A stretch of 64,000 nucleotides of DNA from Acidimicrobiia bacterium (GCA_049317385.1 JBMOIJ010000010.1:527-64526); one strand, 5' to 3'. Positions 1-9,443 are shown, counted from the stretch's first letter. Numbers and translations are program-made. The notes: generated by a model not told the origin, from the sequence alone.

Positions 1-657
1 GAAATACACGTACGCAAAGGCGGCGAAGAAGAACAGCCCTTCGATGCAGCACGCGAAGCAGATGAGGTTCAACAGGAACTGACGACGCTGTTCGCGGGTC
101 TCGATGCGGTCGAGTTGCTCCATAGAGTTCATCCACTTGAAGCAGAACTCGGCCTTCTGGCGAATGCTCGGGATGTTCTCGATGGCGGCGAACGCGGCGT
201 GCCGCTCATCGTGGTCGGGGATGTAGGTGTCGAGCAGCGTCAGGTAGAACTGGACGTGCAGCGCCTCTTCGTAGAGCTGGCGGCTCAGGTACATCCGCGC
301 TTCGGGAGCGTTGATGTGCTGGTACAGGTTGAGCACCAGGTTGTTCGCCACGATGGAGTCGCCCGTGGCGAAGAACGCCACCAGGCGGTTCACCAAGTGC
401 CGCTCGCTCGGCAGCAGCTTGCGCTGCAGGTCGACGATGTCGTCGGAGAAGTCGATCTCCTCGACCGTCCACGTGTTGCGGATCGCGTCGCGGTACATGT
501 CGAAGAACTGCGGGTACCGCATGGGGCGCAACGTGAGGTTGAACCCGGGGTCGAGGATGTTGCCCTGACCTTCTTTGGCCTCTTCGGCCGGCAGGTCGAT
601 GAATTCGGGAGCGGTTGCAGTGTTGCTGGTGTTCATGAACGATTCGGTGACAGCCAT
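1..657 (-). CDS. nrdB: Ribonucleotide-diphosphate reductase class Ia beta subunit (3' end runs off the window)
   Basis: Hand translation from ATG at 657 gives TWTVEEIDFSDD, FFATGDSIV, EEALHVQFY (radical Tyr) and IEGLFFFAAF. It overlaps the nrdA stop (TGATG). Confidence 0.95.
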   Translation of the reverse strand, partial: MAVTESFMNTSNTATAPEFIDLPAEEAKEGQGNILDPGFNLTLRPMRYPQFFDMYRDAIRNTWTVEEIDFSDDIVDLQRKLLPSERHLVNRLVAFFATGDSIVANNLVLNLYQHINAPEARMYLSRQLYEEALHVQFYLTLLDTYIPDHDERHAAFAAIENIPSIRQKAEFCFKWMNSMEQLDRIETREQRRQFLLNLICFACCIEGLFFFAAFAYVYF

Positions 658-3095
658 CAGTCGCACGCCTCACAAGCTTCGGGGTTCTCCAGCGAGCAGG
701 CAATGGCTTCGCTGTCGGTGTAGGTCTTCTTGGTCGCCGGCGGGGTGCCATCCGGGTCAGTCCCTCCGGAACGATCTCCGCCGGTGGTGGTTTGCGCGAT
801 ACGCGTCGCCGGACGCGACCGCAGGTAGTAGGTGGTCTTCAGACCGGCCTTCCATGCGTGGAGGTACATCGAGCTGAGCTTGCCGATGGTGGGCGACTCG
901 ACGAAGAGGTTGAGGCTCTGGCTCTGGTCGATGAACGCGCCACGCTCGGCCGCCATGTCGATCAGGGAGCGCATCGGGACCTCCCACGCGGTGCGGTAGA
1001 TCTCCTTGACGTCATCGGGGAGCGGCAGCCCTTGCACCGAGCCCTCGGCCTTCTTGAGCTCGGCCCGCAGGGTTTCGGTCCACATGCCGCGGGCCTGCAG
1101 GTCTCGCACCAGGTAGGTGTTGATCTGGAGGAACTCGCCCGAGAGCGTTTCGCGCTTGAAGAGGTTGCTGACTTGGGGCTCGATGCACTCGTAGCAACCG
1201 GCGATGGATGCAATGGTTGCGGTGGGCGCAATGGCGATGAGCAGCGAGTTGCGCAGGCCGTAGGTCTTGATGTCTTCGCGCAGGGCGTCCCACCGCGCAG
1301 GGTCGGTGGGCTCGGCCCCGTCCCAGAGGTCGAACTGCATGACACCTTGCGCGGCGCGGGTGTCGGCGAACGCTGCGTGCGGCCCGTATTCCTTGGCGAG
1401 TTCGTTCGAACGCACCAGAGCGTTGAAGTAGATCTCTTCACTGATCCGACGCGAGATCTCGCGGGCCTCGTCGCTGTCGAAGGGCAGACGCATCTGGAAG
1501 AGAACGTCCTGGAGCCCCATGAGACCGAGGCCGACCGGCCTCCACTTCGCGTTGGAAGTGGCCGCAGCATCGGTGGGGTAGAAGTTGATGTCGATGACGC
1601 GGTCGAGGTACGTGACTGCGGTACGAACCACTTCGCCCAACCGATCGAAGTCGAATGCGGTGACGCCGTCGTCGTGACGGACCAAGCGACCCAGGTTCAC
1701 CGAGCCGAGGTTGCAGACTGCGGTCTCGTCCTGGTTCGTGACCTCGATGATCTCGGTGCAGAGGTTGGAGAGGTGGATCACGTTCTCGGGCTTGGCAGTT
1801 TGGTTGGCCTTGAGGTTGGACGCGTCCTTGAACGTCATCCAGCCGTTGCCGGTTTGCGCAAGCGTGCGCATCATGCGGCCATAGAGCTCGCGGGCGCTGA
1901 CCTGGCGCTCATAGAGGCCCGCCTCTTCGGCTTCGAGGTATGCCTTCTCGAAGTCGGCGCCGTAGAGGTCGACGAGGTGGGGCACCTTCTTGGGGTCGAA
2001 GAGGCTCCACATCCAGTCGTTCTCGACGCGCTGCATGAAGAGGTCGGGGACCCAGTTGGCCAGGTTGAGGTGGTGCGTGCGGCGTGATTCGTCGCCGGTG
2101 TTGTCACGGAGTTCGAGGAACTCCTCGATGTCGGCGTGCCAGCTCTCGAGGTACACGCATGCCGCGCCCTTGCGGCGTCCACCCTGGTTCACTGCTGCGA
2201 CCGATGCGTCGAGGGTCTTGAGCCACGGCACGATGCCGTTGGACAGACCGTTGGTTCCCTTGATGAGCGACCCGCGTGAACGGATGCGGTGGTAGGCGAG
2301 ACCGATGCCGCCCGCGTGCTTCGAGAGCTTGGCCACGTCGGTGTAGCGGCCGTAGATCGCTTCGAGTTCGTCGAGCGGGGAGTCGAGCAGGTAGCAGCTG
2401 CTCATCTGCGCGTGGCGCGTACCCGAGTTGAACAGTGTGGGTGACGACGGCAGGTACTGCAGCGACGAGATGAGGTCGTAGAACTCGACTGCTTCGGCGG
2501 GGGTGCGGCTGAGCCCGCACGCCACACGCATGAAGAAGTACTGCGGGGTCTCGACGGCGTCGCGTGCTTCGGGGTGCTTGAGCAGGTAGCGGTCGTAGAC
2601 GGTGCGCAGACCGAAGAACTCGAAGAGCCAGGTGCGCTCGGGTCGGATGGCGGCGTTGAGCTTGCGAGCGTTGCTCTCGACGAATGCTGCGAGGTCGTCG
2701 CCGATGAGTCCGAGCGAGTGGCCATAGCGCACCGACTGGCTGAACGAGTGAACGTCTTGATTCTCGACTTCCTTGAGGATGAAGGTGTCGAGCATGCGGG
2801 CCGCAAGCTTGGAGTAGTCGGGCTCTTCCGCGATGAGCGCGGCGGCGGTACGGATGGACAGCTGGTCGAGCTCTTCGGTGGTGGCACCGTCGTAGAGACC
2901 GCTGATGGTGCGCGTGGCGACGCGCAACGCGTCGACGCCGCCCAACCCCTCGCAGCACCGTGCGACGGCCTTGACGATCTTGTTGACGTCGACCGACTCG
3001 AACTCGCCGTTGCGCTTCCTCACCCGCATCGAGGAGCCGGCGACCGCTGCATCAGTGGTTCCCAGTTCAGCGGTTGCGTCGTGCGTCACCGTCAT
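657..3095 (-). CDS. nrdA: Ribonucleotide-diphosphate reductase alpha subunit with N-terminal ATP cone
   Basis: VRKRNG ATP cone, PSSPTLFNSG, SSCYL, SNLCTEI, VCNLGS, APTATIA and C-terminal CEAC. Confidence 0.97.
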   Translation of the reverse strand: MTVTHDATAELGTTDAAVAGSSMRVRKRNGEFESVDVNKIVKAVARCCEGLGGVDALRVATRTISGLYDGATTEELDQLSIRTAAALIAEEPDYSKLAARMLDTFILKEVENQDVHSFSQSVRYGHSLGLIGDDLAAFVESNARKLNAAIRPERTWLFEFFGLRTVYDRYLLKHPEARDAVETPQYFFMRVACGLSRTPAEAVEFYDLISSLQYLPSSPTLFNSGTRHAQMSSCYLLDSPLDELEAIYGRYTDVAKLSKHAGGIGLAYHRIRSRGSLIKGTNGLSNGIVPWLKTLDASVAAVNQGGRRKGAACVYLESWHADIEEFLELRDNTGDESRRTHHLNLANWVPDLFMQRVENDWMWSLFDPKKVPHLVDLYGADFEKAYLEAEEAGLYERQVSARELYGRMMRTLAQTGNGWMTFKDASNLKANQTAKPENVIHLSNLCTEIIEVTNQDETAVCNLGSVNLGRLVRHDDGVTAFDFDRLGEVVRTAVTYLDRVIDINFYPTDAAATSNAKWRPVGLGLMGLQDVLFQMRLPFDSDEAREISRRISEEIYFNALVRSNELAKEYGPHAAFADTRAAQGVMQFDLWDGAEPTDPARWDALREDIKTYGLRNSLLIAIAPTATIASIAGCYECIEPQVSNLFKRETLSGEFLQINTYLVRDLQARGMWTETLRAELKKAEGSVQGLPLPDDVKEIYRTAWEVPMRSLIDMAAERGAFIDQSQSLNLFVESPTIGKLSSMYLHAWKAGLKTTYYLRSRPATRIAQTTTGGDRSGGTDPDGTPPATKKTYTDSEAIACSLENPEACEACD

Positions 3096-3224
3096 GCGAT
3101 CCCCAGTTCCTCCGGGCAGCCCGCTGGTGGCGGCGCTGCTTCCCCCTGTCCGGCATCACGCCGGATTCCTGACTTCCGGCGCTCGGTGCCGGCGTTTCGT
3201 GGCCCCGTCGAAACTCCCGAGCAA

Positions 3225-3272
3225 CCACAAGATATTGGGGTTGGGTCTTTCTCTCCCCCCAAGATGAGGTTG
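3225..3272. promoter_or_regulatory. Tandem NrdR boxes
   Basis: CCACAAGATATTGGGG (3225-3240) and CCCCAAGATGAGGTTG (3257-3272) start 32 bp apart upstream of nrdA. This matches the NrdR-box pattern and its usual three-turn spacing. Confidence 0.8.
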
Positions 3273-3304
3273 AATTACAACAGTGGAACTACAGCGGCGT
3301 CAAC

Positions 3305-3326
3305 AGTTTCGGGGTGGGGTGTGACA
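3305..3326 (-). promoter_or_regulatory. PafBC/RecA-independent-type promoter candidate for nrdAB
   Basis: Minus strand reads TGTCAC-ACCCCACCCC-GAAACT. The same architecture recurs at 18996-19017 and 57243-57264. Confidence 0.55.
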
Positions 3327-3423
3327 AAAAGCGCTCCGACCTGCGACGACGCGATCGCTGCGGTGACGACGCCCGCGAATTCGCCTCCCGCGCGCCGGTA
3401 CGTCCCGTCGGTAGCGTCGACCC

Positions 3424-4332
3424 ATGCGTGTCATCACGTCCCATTTGGCCTTCCCCGAGGGGCCGATCGCCCGACCCGACGGCTCGGTGGTGCTCGTCGA
3501 GATTCAGGCCGGTGACGTCACCGAGATCGCTCCCGACGGCACCCGGCGGGTGATCGCGCACACCGGTGGCGGACCCAACGGCGCAGCAATCGGGCCCGAC
3601 GGCGCGTGCTACGTCGTCAACAGCGGCGGATGGGAGTACCTGCAGTTCGGCGAGCTGGCCGTTCCGCAGAGCCACCTGCCGGAGTGGCACGAAGGCGGCA
3701 GCATCCAACGCGTCGACCTGGACACGGGTGTGGTCACCACGCTCTACACCGAGTGCGACGGTGTTCCACTCACGAGCCCGAACGACATCGTGTTCGATGC
3801 GGCCGGCGGCATGTGGGTCACCGACCACGGGCGCGAACATCAACGGACCCGCGTGCTCGGGTGTGTGTATTACGCGCAACCTGATGGTTCGTCCATTCGC
3901 AAAGCTATTGCGCCCGTCGACAGCGCGAACGGTGTGGGGCTTTCGCCCGACGGGCGCACGCTCTATGTCGCCGACACCTACAGCGGCCGATGCAACCAGT
4001 GGGCCCTCGCCGGCCCGGGTGAACTCGAAACGCCGAATCCAGTGTTCGGCAACGGCGGTGGCATGTTCGCCGATCCCGGTGGCTACCGACTCTTCGATTC
4101 CCTGGCCGTCGAAGCGAACGGGAACGTGGTGGTGGCGAGCCCTTCGGCGGGCTCGATCTGCGTGTTCTCGCCGACGGGTCAACTCGTCGACGAGGTGAAG
4201 TTCGACGACCCGATCGTCACGAACATCTGTTTCGGCGGCCCTGACCTTCGCACCGCTTACGTCACCTTGAGCGGCACTGGTCGTTTGGTCGCGATGGAGT
4301 GGCCTCGCCCGGGGCTCCGCCTCGCCTACTGA
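3424..4332 (+). CDS. SMP-30/gluconolactonase/LRE family beta-propeller protein
   Basis: FPEGP, GGPNG, SPNDIVFD, ANGVGLSPDGRTLYVADT, FDSLAV and TNICFGG motifs. TAGCGT lies 6 nt before the ATG (leaderless). Confidence 0.9.
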   Translation: MRVITSHLAFPEGPIARPDGSVVLVEIQAGDVTEIAPDGTRRVIAHTGGGPNGAAIGPDGACYVVNSGGWEYLQFGELAVPQSHLPEWHEGGSIQRVDLDTGVVTTLYTECDGVPLTSPNDIVFDAAGGMWVTDHGREHQRTRVLGCVYYAQPDGSSIRKAIAPVDSANGVGLSPDGRTLYVADTYSGRCNQWALAGPGELETPNPVFGNGGGMFADPGGYRLFDSLAVEANGNVVVASPSAGSICVFSPTGQLVDEVKFDDPIVTNICFGGPDLRTAYVTLSGTGRLVAMEWPRPGLRLAY

Positions 4333-4444
4333 TCGCGGCACGCGGCCGGCGCGTCATCGCCGCCGCCCGGCCGGGCCGCCGTTGGCCCGGTCCGTGCCCG
4401 ATGTGGTTCCCTGGAGCGCTCGAACACGGACGTGAGAACTGCCC

Positions 4445-5902
4445 ATGGACATTCAATCCGCCGATCGCGCCACCATCGACGATCCCGCGTCGTACGTGGC
4501 CGCGGTCCAATGGGTGTTCGCGCTGCAGCGGCTGGCATCGGGATCGTTGTTGCCCCCGCGCCAGGATTCGGACGCCGCCCGTTCGGCTGCTCGCGAGGTG
4601 GACGCCTTGTTGCGCGGCCGCGTCACGCCGGCCAACGAAGAGTTCTCGGCGTCCGAACGCGCCCTGGGAACGCCGACGAACGGAACGCAGGCCGGCGTCA
4701 TGAGTGCACTTACGCCGCGCGCGCTTGTCGAATACGCGCGCTATCTCGATTGGCTCACGGCCCAACCTGCCGATGACCTGCGCGCGTCTTTGCGCAACGA
4801 CGAATCCTTCATGGTGGTCTGGGGGCTCGACGGACGCGCAGAACGGCTCGACATGTCCACGTCCACCGCAGCCGCCGTGCGTTCCGACCTGCTCGAGGAT
4901 CTGGTCCTCGCGGCAACGGCGTTGGAGTTCCACGCGCGTATCGCGCCGCCCGGTTCCGCGCATGAGTCGGCGGCCAAGCGACTGTTGCGAGTGAACCGCG
5001 ATGCCACCGATCTGTTGCTCGCCACTTCCGCGCGCCTCACCCGGGCGGCCGAGGAACTCGAGCGTGCGGATCGCAACGCCCTGCATGACGTCGGGGCTGC
5101 CGCGCTGCTCGCCCGCGGTGACGAGACGGTCAAGAAGCTGCTCGGCCAGGTGGCCGAGGCGTTCGTCGAACTGTCGTGGGAGCGTGACGGCTTCGAAGCG
5201 GTCTTCCCGCACGAAACGCCGGCCTGGGCGATCGTCGACGGGCGGTGGAGGGGCTGCACTCCTGACATCACGATGCAGCGCGATGATCGACTGTGGGTGA
5301 TCGAAGTGAAGAGCGGTGGGAACTCGCTCACGTCGGCGCAGAAGGTGGTGATGCCGGCCCTGGCCACGAACGGTGGTGCGTTCGCTCCCGGTATGCGTTC
5401 GCACGACATGCAGCGGTCGGTCGATCCGCTCGAGCGGGAGGACTCGGTTGCGTACACCGCCGACGAACTCGTCGTCATGGTTGTGCACTGCGCCACCATC
5501 GAAGAGCAACGGTTGCGAGCCGCGCTCGGCGACGAGATCACACGGTGGGGGGTCGAGCCAGCCCGAGCGGTGTTGCGCGCGCACCCCGAGTGGGACCATC
5601 TGCGGCACCGCTTCGCCGACCTTGCCGGTCGTGCGGCCCGCGCCGACGACGCCGGTACCCAACAGCTTTTCCGTGATCTGGCTCGCGCCCAACAGCGCAT
5701 TGCGGTCGGGCTGGCCGAGAAGCGGTTCCTCGGTTCGATGCAACCCTTCGATGAGGGACACGTGTACTACCGCGGCGTGCAAGAGACCGAGGAGTTCCGC
5801 GACCATCCGCGCATCAAGGTGCTGCGCGATGCGCTCGACGATCGCGTCATGCAGATCATGGAGTCCCGCGGCATCGACGGCAGCGGTCGTTCGCGCTCCT
5901 AA
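4445..5902 (+). CDS. Hypothetical protein with a central PD-(D/E)XK nuclease-like motif
   Basis: 485-aa ORF filling the gap between neighbours with host-like codon use. Contains GQVAE...TPDITM...WVIEVKSG...LTSAQ. Confidence 0.65.
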   Translation: MDIQSADRATIDDPASYVAAVQWVFALQRLASGSLLPPRQDSDAARSAAREVDALLRGRVTPANEEFSASERALGTPTNGTQAGVMSALTPRALVEYARYLDWLTAQPADDLRASLRNDESFMVVWGLDGRAERLDMSTSTAAAVRSDLLEDLVLAATALEFHARIAPPGSAHESAAKRLLRVNRDATDLLLATSARLTRAAEELERADRNALHDVGAAALLARGDETVKKLLGQVAEAFVELSWERDGFEAVFPHETPAWAIVDGRWRGCTPDITMQRDDRLWVIEVKSGGNSLTSAQKVVMPALATNGGAFAPGMRSHDMQRSVDPLEREDSVAYTADELVVMVVHCATIEEQRLRAALGDEITRWGVEPARAVLRAHPEWDHLRHRFADLAGRAARADDAGTQQLFRDLARAQQRIAVGLAEKRFLGSMQPFDEGHVYYRGVQETEEFRDHPRIKVLRDALDDRVMQIMESRGIDGSGRSRS

Positions 5903-5911
5903 CGCGCTTCG

Positions 5912-6739
5912 TCAGGCCGGCGCGGCCACGCACAGGCGTACCCGCTCGCCGAAGGTCCCCGCAGTGCGCAGGTCCCGGAACAGCTCGGGGTACCCGCCCA
6001 CCGAGATTCGCAGCGGGTTCGTCGATTCGATGGGATGGGTGAGGCCGTACACCGGCGTCTCGACTTCGGGCTCGTAGGTGCCGAAGAGCCGGTCCCAGAT
6101 CATGGTGGTCCCGCCGAAGTTCTTGTCGATGTACTGCGCGTTGCGCGCGTGGTGCACCCGATGGTTCGACGGTGTCTGCAGGAACCAGTCGAGCGGCCCG
6201 AGCGACCCGATCAGCTTCGTGTGTTGGAGCTGTCCGATCATCAGCGTGAGCGCGCCCATCACCGCACCCATCGTGGGGTTCACTCCGATCAGCGGCGCCC
6301 AGATTCCGGTGATCGGCTTGTAGAACACCTCGGTCCAGGGCATGCGGACCGCCGTGGTGAACGAGAACTCCTCCGACGAGTGGTGCACGCAGTGTGTCGC
6401 CCACAAGATGCGCACCCGGTGCTCGGCACGATGAATCCAGTAGTAGAAGAAGTCGCCCACCATCCACGCGGCGATCCAGTGCAGCGGGTTGCCGGCGTCG
6501 AGCGTGAACAGTCGGTAGTGGTCGAACAGGTAGAAGAATCCGGCGAGTGCCAGCGCCTTGCCGGCGATCACCTTGACCACCAGGTAGGCCGCGCCGTTCG
6601 CGATCGAGTTGGCCCGGTCCCGCAGGTCGACGGAACGGGTCCGGCGGAGTTCGATTGCGATTTCGACGGCGATCATGGCGGCCACCGACACGAACAACAT
6701 GACGGTCGAGGCCTGGAAGACGCTGGAGTGGTGCTGCAT
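5912..6739 (-). CDS. Sterol desaturase / fatty acid hydroxylase family membrane protein
   Basis: His boxes HRAEH, HCVHH, QHT, HRVHH and KNFGG...WDRLFGT. Start placed at ATG 6739 after GGAG. Confidence 0.9.
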   Translation of the reverse strand: MQHHSSVFQASTVMLFVSVAAMIAVEIAIELRRTRSVDLRDRANSIANGAAYLVVKVIAGKALALAGFFYLFDHYRLFTLDAGNPLHWIAAWMVGDFFYYWIHRAEHRVRILWATHCVHHSSEEFSFTTAVRMPWTEVFYKPITGIWAPLIGVNPTMGAVMGALTLMIGQLQHTKLIGSLGPLDWFLQTPSNHRVHHARNAQYIDKNFGGTTMIWDRLFGTYEPEVETPVYGLTHPIESTNPLRISVGGYPELFRDLRTAGTFGERVRLCVAAPA

Positions 6740-6775
6740 GTCTCCAGTGTGCGGACTGGCGGGCCCGTCGCCCAT

Positions 6776-6812
6776 TGGGGGCTGCCCCCATACGGGCCTG
6801 GGGATGCCCCCA
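6776..6812. promoter_or_regulatory. Tandem palindromic operator candidate
   Basis: TGGGGGCTGCCCCCA (6776-6790) and CTGGGGATGCCCCCA (6798-6812) lie 22 bp apart in a divergent promoter region. Confidence 0.5.
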
Positions 6813-6888
6813 CGAGGCTCCGAGTGGGCCGCACCGGGGAGTGGGGCCGCTAGGTTGCGCGCTCGACCCCACATCCTCTGGAGGCATC

Positions 6889-8031
6889 GTGGCGAGTGGA
6901 CCGTTGGCCGGCGTGAAGATCGTGGAGCTCGCGGGTATCGGCCCCGGGCCGTTCTGCGGGATGTTGCTTTCGGACCTGGGGGCCGACATCGTGCGCATCG
7001 ATCGCGCCGGCGGCCGTCCGTCGCACTCCGAACGCGAGCCCATGTACCGCGGCCGGCGCTCGATTGCCGTCGACCTGAAGAACCCCGAAGGCGTCGAGCT
7101 CGTGCTGCAGCTCGTCGAGCAGGCCGACGCGCTGATCGAGGGGTACCGGCCCGGCGTCACCGAACGGTTGGGCGTGGGCCCCGACGCGTGTCTGGCTCGC
7201 AACCCCAAGCTCGTCTACGGACGCATGACCGGCTGGGGTCAAGACGGGCCGTACGCCCAGATGGCCGGGCACGACATCAACTACATCGCGCTGGCGGGCG
7301 CGCTCGCGCACTTCGGTCGCGCCGGCGCCAAGCCCACGCCGCCCATCAACCTGGTCGGTGACTTCGGTGGCGGCGGCATGTTCCTGGCCCTCGGCGTGGT
7401 CAGCGGCATCTTGAGCGCGCGTGCCACCGGCGAAGGCCAAGTGGTCGACGCGGCGATGGTCGATGGTTCGGCCACGCTCATGACCATGATCTGGGGGCTC
7501 AGCCAGATCGGTGCGTGGAGCGACGCCTTCGGCACCAACGTGCTCGACACCGGTGCGCCCTTCTACGACACCTACGAGACCAAGGACGGCAAGTTCGTGT
7601 CCATCGGTTCGCTCGAACCGCAGTTCTACGCCGAGCTGTTGGCGCGCACCGGGCTCGACCAAGAGGAACTGCCCGCGCAGATGGACGCCGGCGGGTGGCC
7701 GCAGTGGCGTGACCGTCTCACCGAACTGTTCAGGACCAAGACGCGCGACGAGTGGGATGCGCTGCTCGCCGGTTCCGACGCGTGTTACGCACCGGTGCTC
7801 ACCATGAGCGAGGCGAAGGAGCACCCGCACATGCAGGCCCGCGGCACGTTCGTCGAAGATGGCAAGGGCGTGTGGCAACCCGCACCCGCGCCGCGCTTCT
7901 CGAAGACGCCGGGTGCCATTCAGCGTGGTGCGCCCAGTGCGATCGGCGAGCACACCGATGAGGCGTTGGCCGACTGGGGCTTCGCCGCCGCCGACGTTGC
8001 GCGACTTCGTGACGCCGGCGCCATCGCCTGA
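6889..8031 (+). CDS. CaiB/BaiF CoA-transferase family protein, alpha-methylacyl-CoA racemase-like
   Basis: GPLAGVKIVELAGIGPGPF, GHDINY, GDFGGGG, PAPAPRFS. GTG start after GGAGG. Confidence 0.92.
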   Translation: MASGPLAGVKIVELAGIGPGPFCGMLLSDLGADIVRIDRAGGRPSHSEREPMYRGRRSIAVDLKNPEGVELVLQLVEQADALIEGYRPGVTERLGVGPDACLARNPKLVYGRMTGWGQDGPYAQMAGHDINYIALAGALAHFGRAGAKPTPPINLVGDFGGGGMFLALGVVSGILSARATGEGQVVDAAMVDGSATLMTMIWGLSQIGAWSDAFGTNVLDTGAPFYDTYETKDGKFVSIGSLEPQFYAELLARTGLDQEELPAQMDAGGWPQWRDRLTELFRTKTRDEWDALLAGSDACYAPVLTMSEAKEHPHMQARGTFVEDGKGVWQPAPAPRFSKTPGAIQRGAPSAIGEHTDEALADWGFAAADVARLRDAGAIA

Positions 8032-8047
8032 CCCATCTCCGCCCTCT

Positions 8048-8099
8048 CCTTTTGGCGCGCGTTCACTGCTCTTCGTGGCGGTCTGCGCGCGCCAGAAGG
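8048..8099. repeat. REP-like palindrome, family A (possible bidirectional terminator)
   Basis: CCTTTTGGCGCGCG...CGCGCGCCAGAAGG between convergent genes. A reverse-complement relative lies at ~48548-48599. Confidence 0.65.
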
Positions 8100-8115
8100 G
8101 GAGTGGAAGTGGTTG

Positions 8116-9225
8116 TCAGCCGTCTTCAGAGGCAGCGATGAGGGTGCGGACGGCCGAGCAGGCCGCATCGAGCGCGACGCGTTCGTCGGCGGTCACCGTG
8201 ATGTGCCCCACCTTGCGGGCGTGACGCGGCTCCTTGCCGTAGTCGTGGAAGTGCGCGCCTGGGATGGCGAGAACCGCGTCACGGTCGGGAAGCGCGCCGA
8301 TGGCATTGAACATCACGCTCATGCCCCGGGCATGGGTTGCGCCCAGCGGAATGCCAGCGATTGCGCGCACGTGGTTCTCGAACTGACTGGTGACGGCGCC
8401 TTCGATGGTCCAGTGGCCCGAGTTGTGTACGCGAGGCGCGATTTCGTTCCCGAGCAACTCGCCGTCGAGCACGAAGCACTCCAACGTGATGACACCCACG
8501 TACGCGAGTGTGTCGAGCAGCTTGGTGATGTGCGCCTCGGCCTGCGATTGCAGCGCGCCACGGTTCGGTGCCGGTGCGACGGATTCGCGCAGGATGCCGT
8601 TGCGGTGCACGTTCTCGACGAGTGGCCACACGCGCACGTCGCCGTCGCGGCCGCGCACGGCGATGACCGACACTTCGCGCTCGAACGGCACGAAGCCCTC
8701 GAGGATCGCGGGTACTCCGCCGATTGCGTCGAACGCTCTATCGACATCGGCCGGGGACTGCAGCACCACCTGGCCCTTGCCGTCGTAGCCACCGCGCCGG
8801 GTCTTCAGCACTGCGGGCAGCCCGATCTCGGTGACGGCGGTCTGGAGGGACGCGTCGTCGTCGACTGGGGCGAACGGGGCCACACCGATCCCGAGATCGC
8901 GCAGGAGGGTCTTCTCGGCGATGCGGTCGGACGCCACCTCCAGCGCGCGGGCGTCGGGGAAGACCGGCACCGACTGGGCCACGTGCTCGGCCGTGGCGGC
9001 CGGAACGCCCTCCCACTCGTAGGTGCAGACCCGGGCGCCATCGACGAGGCGGTCGACGGCGGCCAGATCGTCGAGTGGGGCCGTGATCGTGGGACCGGCC
9101 ACCTGAGCTGGGGGCTGGGCGGCGGGGTCGAGGAAACGGAACTCGACGCCGAGCGGAAGACCAGCGAGGCCGATCATGCGGCCCAGCTGGCCGCCTCCGA
9201 GCACTGCGATGAGGTCACCGGTCAT
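8116..9225 (-). CDS. purK: N5-carboxyaminoimidazole ribonucleotide synthase
   Basis: GGGQLGRM, GGYDGKGQ, NEIAPRVHNSGHWT, SQFENHVRA and RKVGH. TACGCT lies 7 nt before ATG 9225. Confidence 0.95.
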   Translation of the reverse strand: MTGDLIAVLGGGQLGRMIGLAGLPLGVEFRFLDPAAQPPAQVAGPTITAPLDDLAAVDRLVDGARVCTYEWEGVPAATAEHVAQSVPVFPDARALEVASDRIAEKTLLRDLGIGVAPFAPVDDDASLQTAVTEIGLPAVLKTRRGGYDGKGQVVLQSPADVDRAFDAIGGVPAILEGFVPFEREVSVIAVRGRDGDVRVWPLVENVHRNGILRESVAPAPNRGALQSQAEAHITKLLDTLAYVGVITLECFVLDGELLGNEIAPRVHNSGHWTIEGAVTSQFENHVRAIAGIPLGATHARGMSVMFNAIGALPDRDAVLAIPGAHFHDYGKEPRHARKVGHITVTADERVALDAACSAVRTLIAASEDG

Positions 9226-9304
9226 GGCGGGCAGCGTACGCAAGTTGTTCCTATGGGGCCGAAACCGTCGTGGCAGGGTTCGCCGAGCCGATAACGTCGG
9301 AAGC

Positions 9305-9443
9305 GCGACAGCGGCGTCGCCGGCGCACACGGTGCGCACTTGGGCTCGATGCTGCGCCCAAGGGCTCGACGGTGAGCCCATCCGCCTGACGGATCGCCAA
9401 CGGTTGCCGGTCCCGGGCGTGCGACGTACAGCGGCGTACGGTC
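9305..9443 (+). promoter_or_regulatory. Structured gltB 5' leader with ANTAR-like hexaloop hairpins
   Basis: GCGAC-AGCGGC-GTCGC, GGGCTC-GACGGT-GAGCCC and CGTAC-AGCGGC-GTACG, plus further stems, downstream of TAACGT (9292-9297). Confidence 0.5.

Noticed and set aside
657-3095. Intein or intron in nrdA (also checked recG, smc, gltB and uvrD2)
   Set aside because: Lengths are normal and the motifs are contiguous. I saw no intein C...HN signatures or LAGLIDADG segments.
3288-3301. ACAGCGGCGT ANTAR-like loop near the nrdA promoter
   Set aside because: It is a single weak hairpin, antisense to nrdA and inside a promoter spacer, so it is probably chance.
4420-4435. LexA SOS box upstream of the nuclease-like gene (TCGAAC...)
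   Set aside because: Only the left half-site matches. The right half is ACGTGA rather than GTTCGA.
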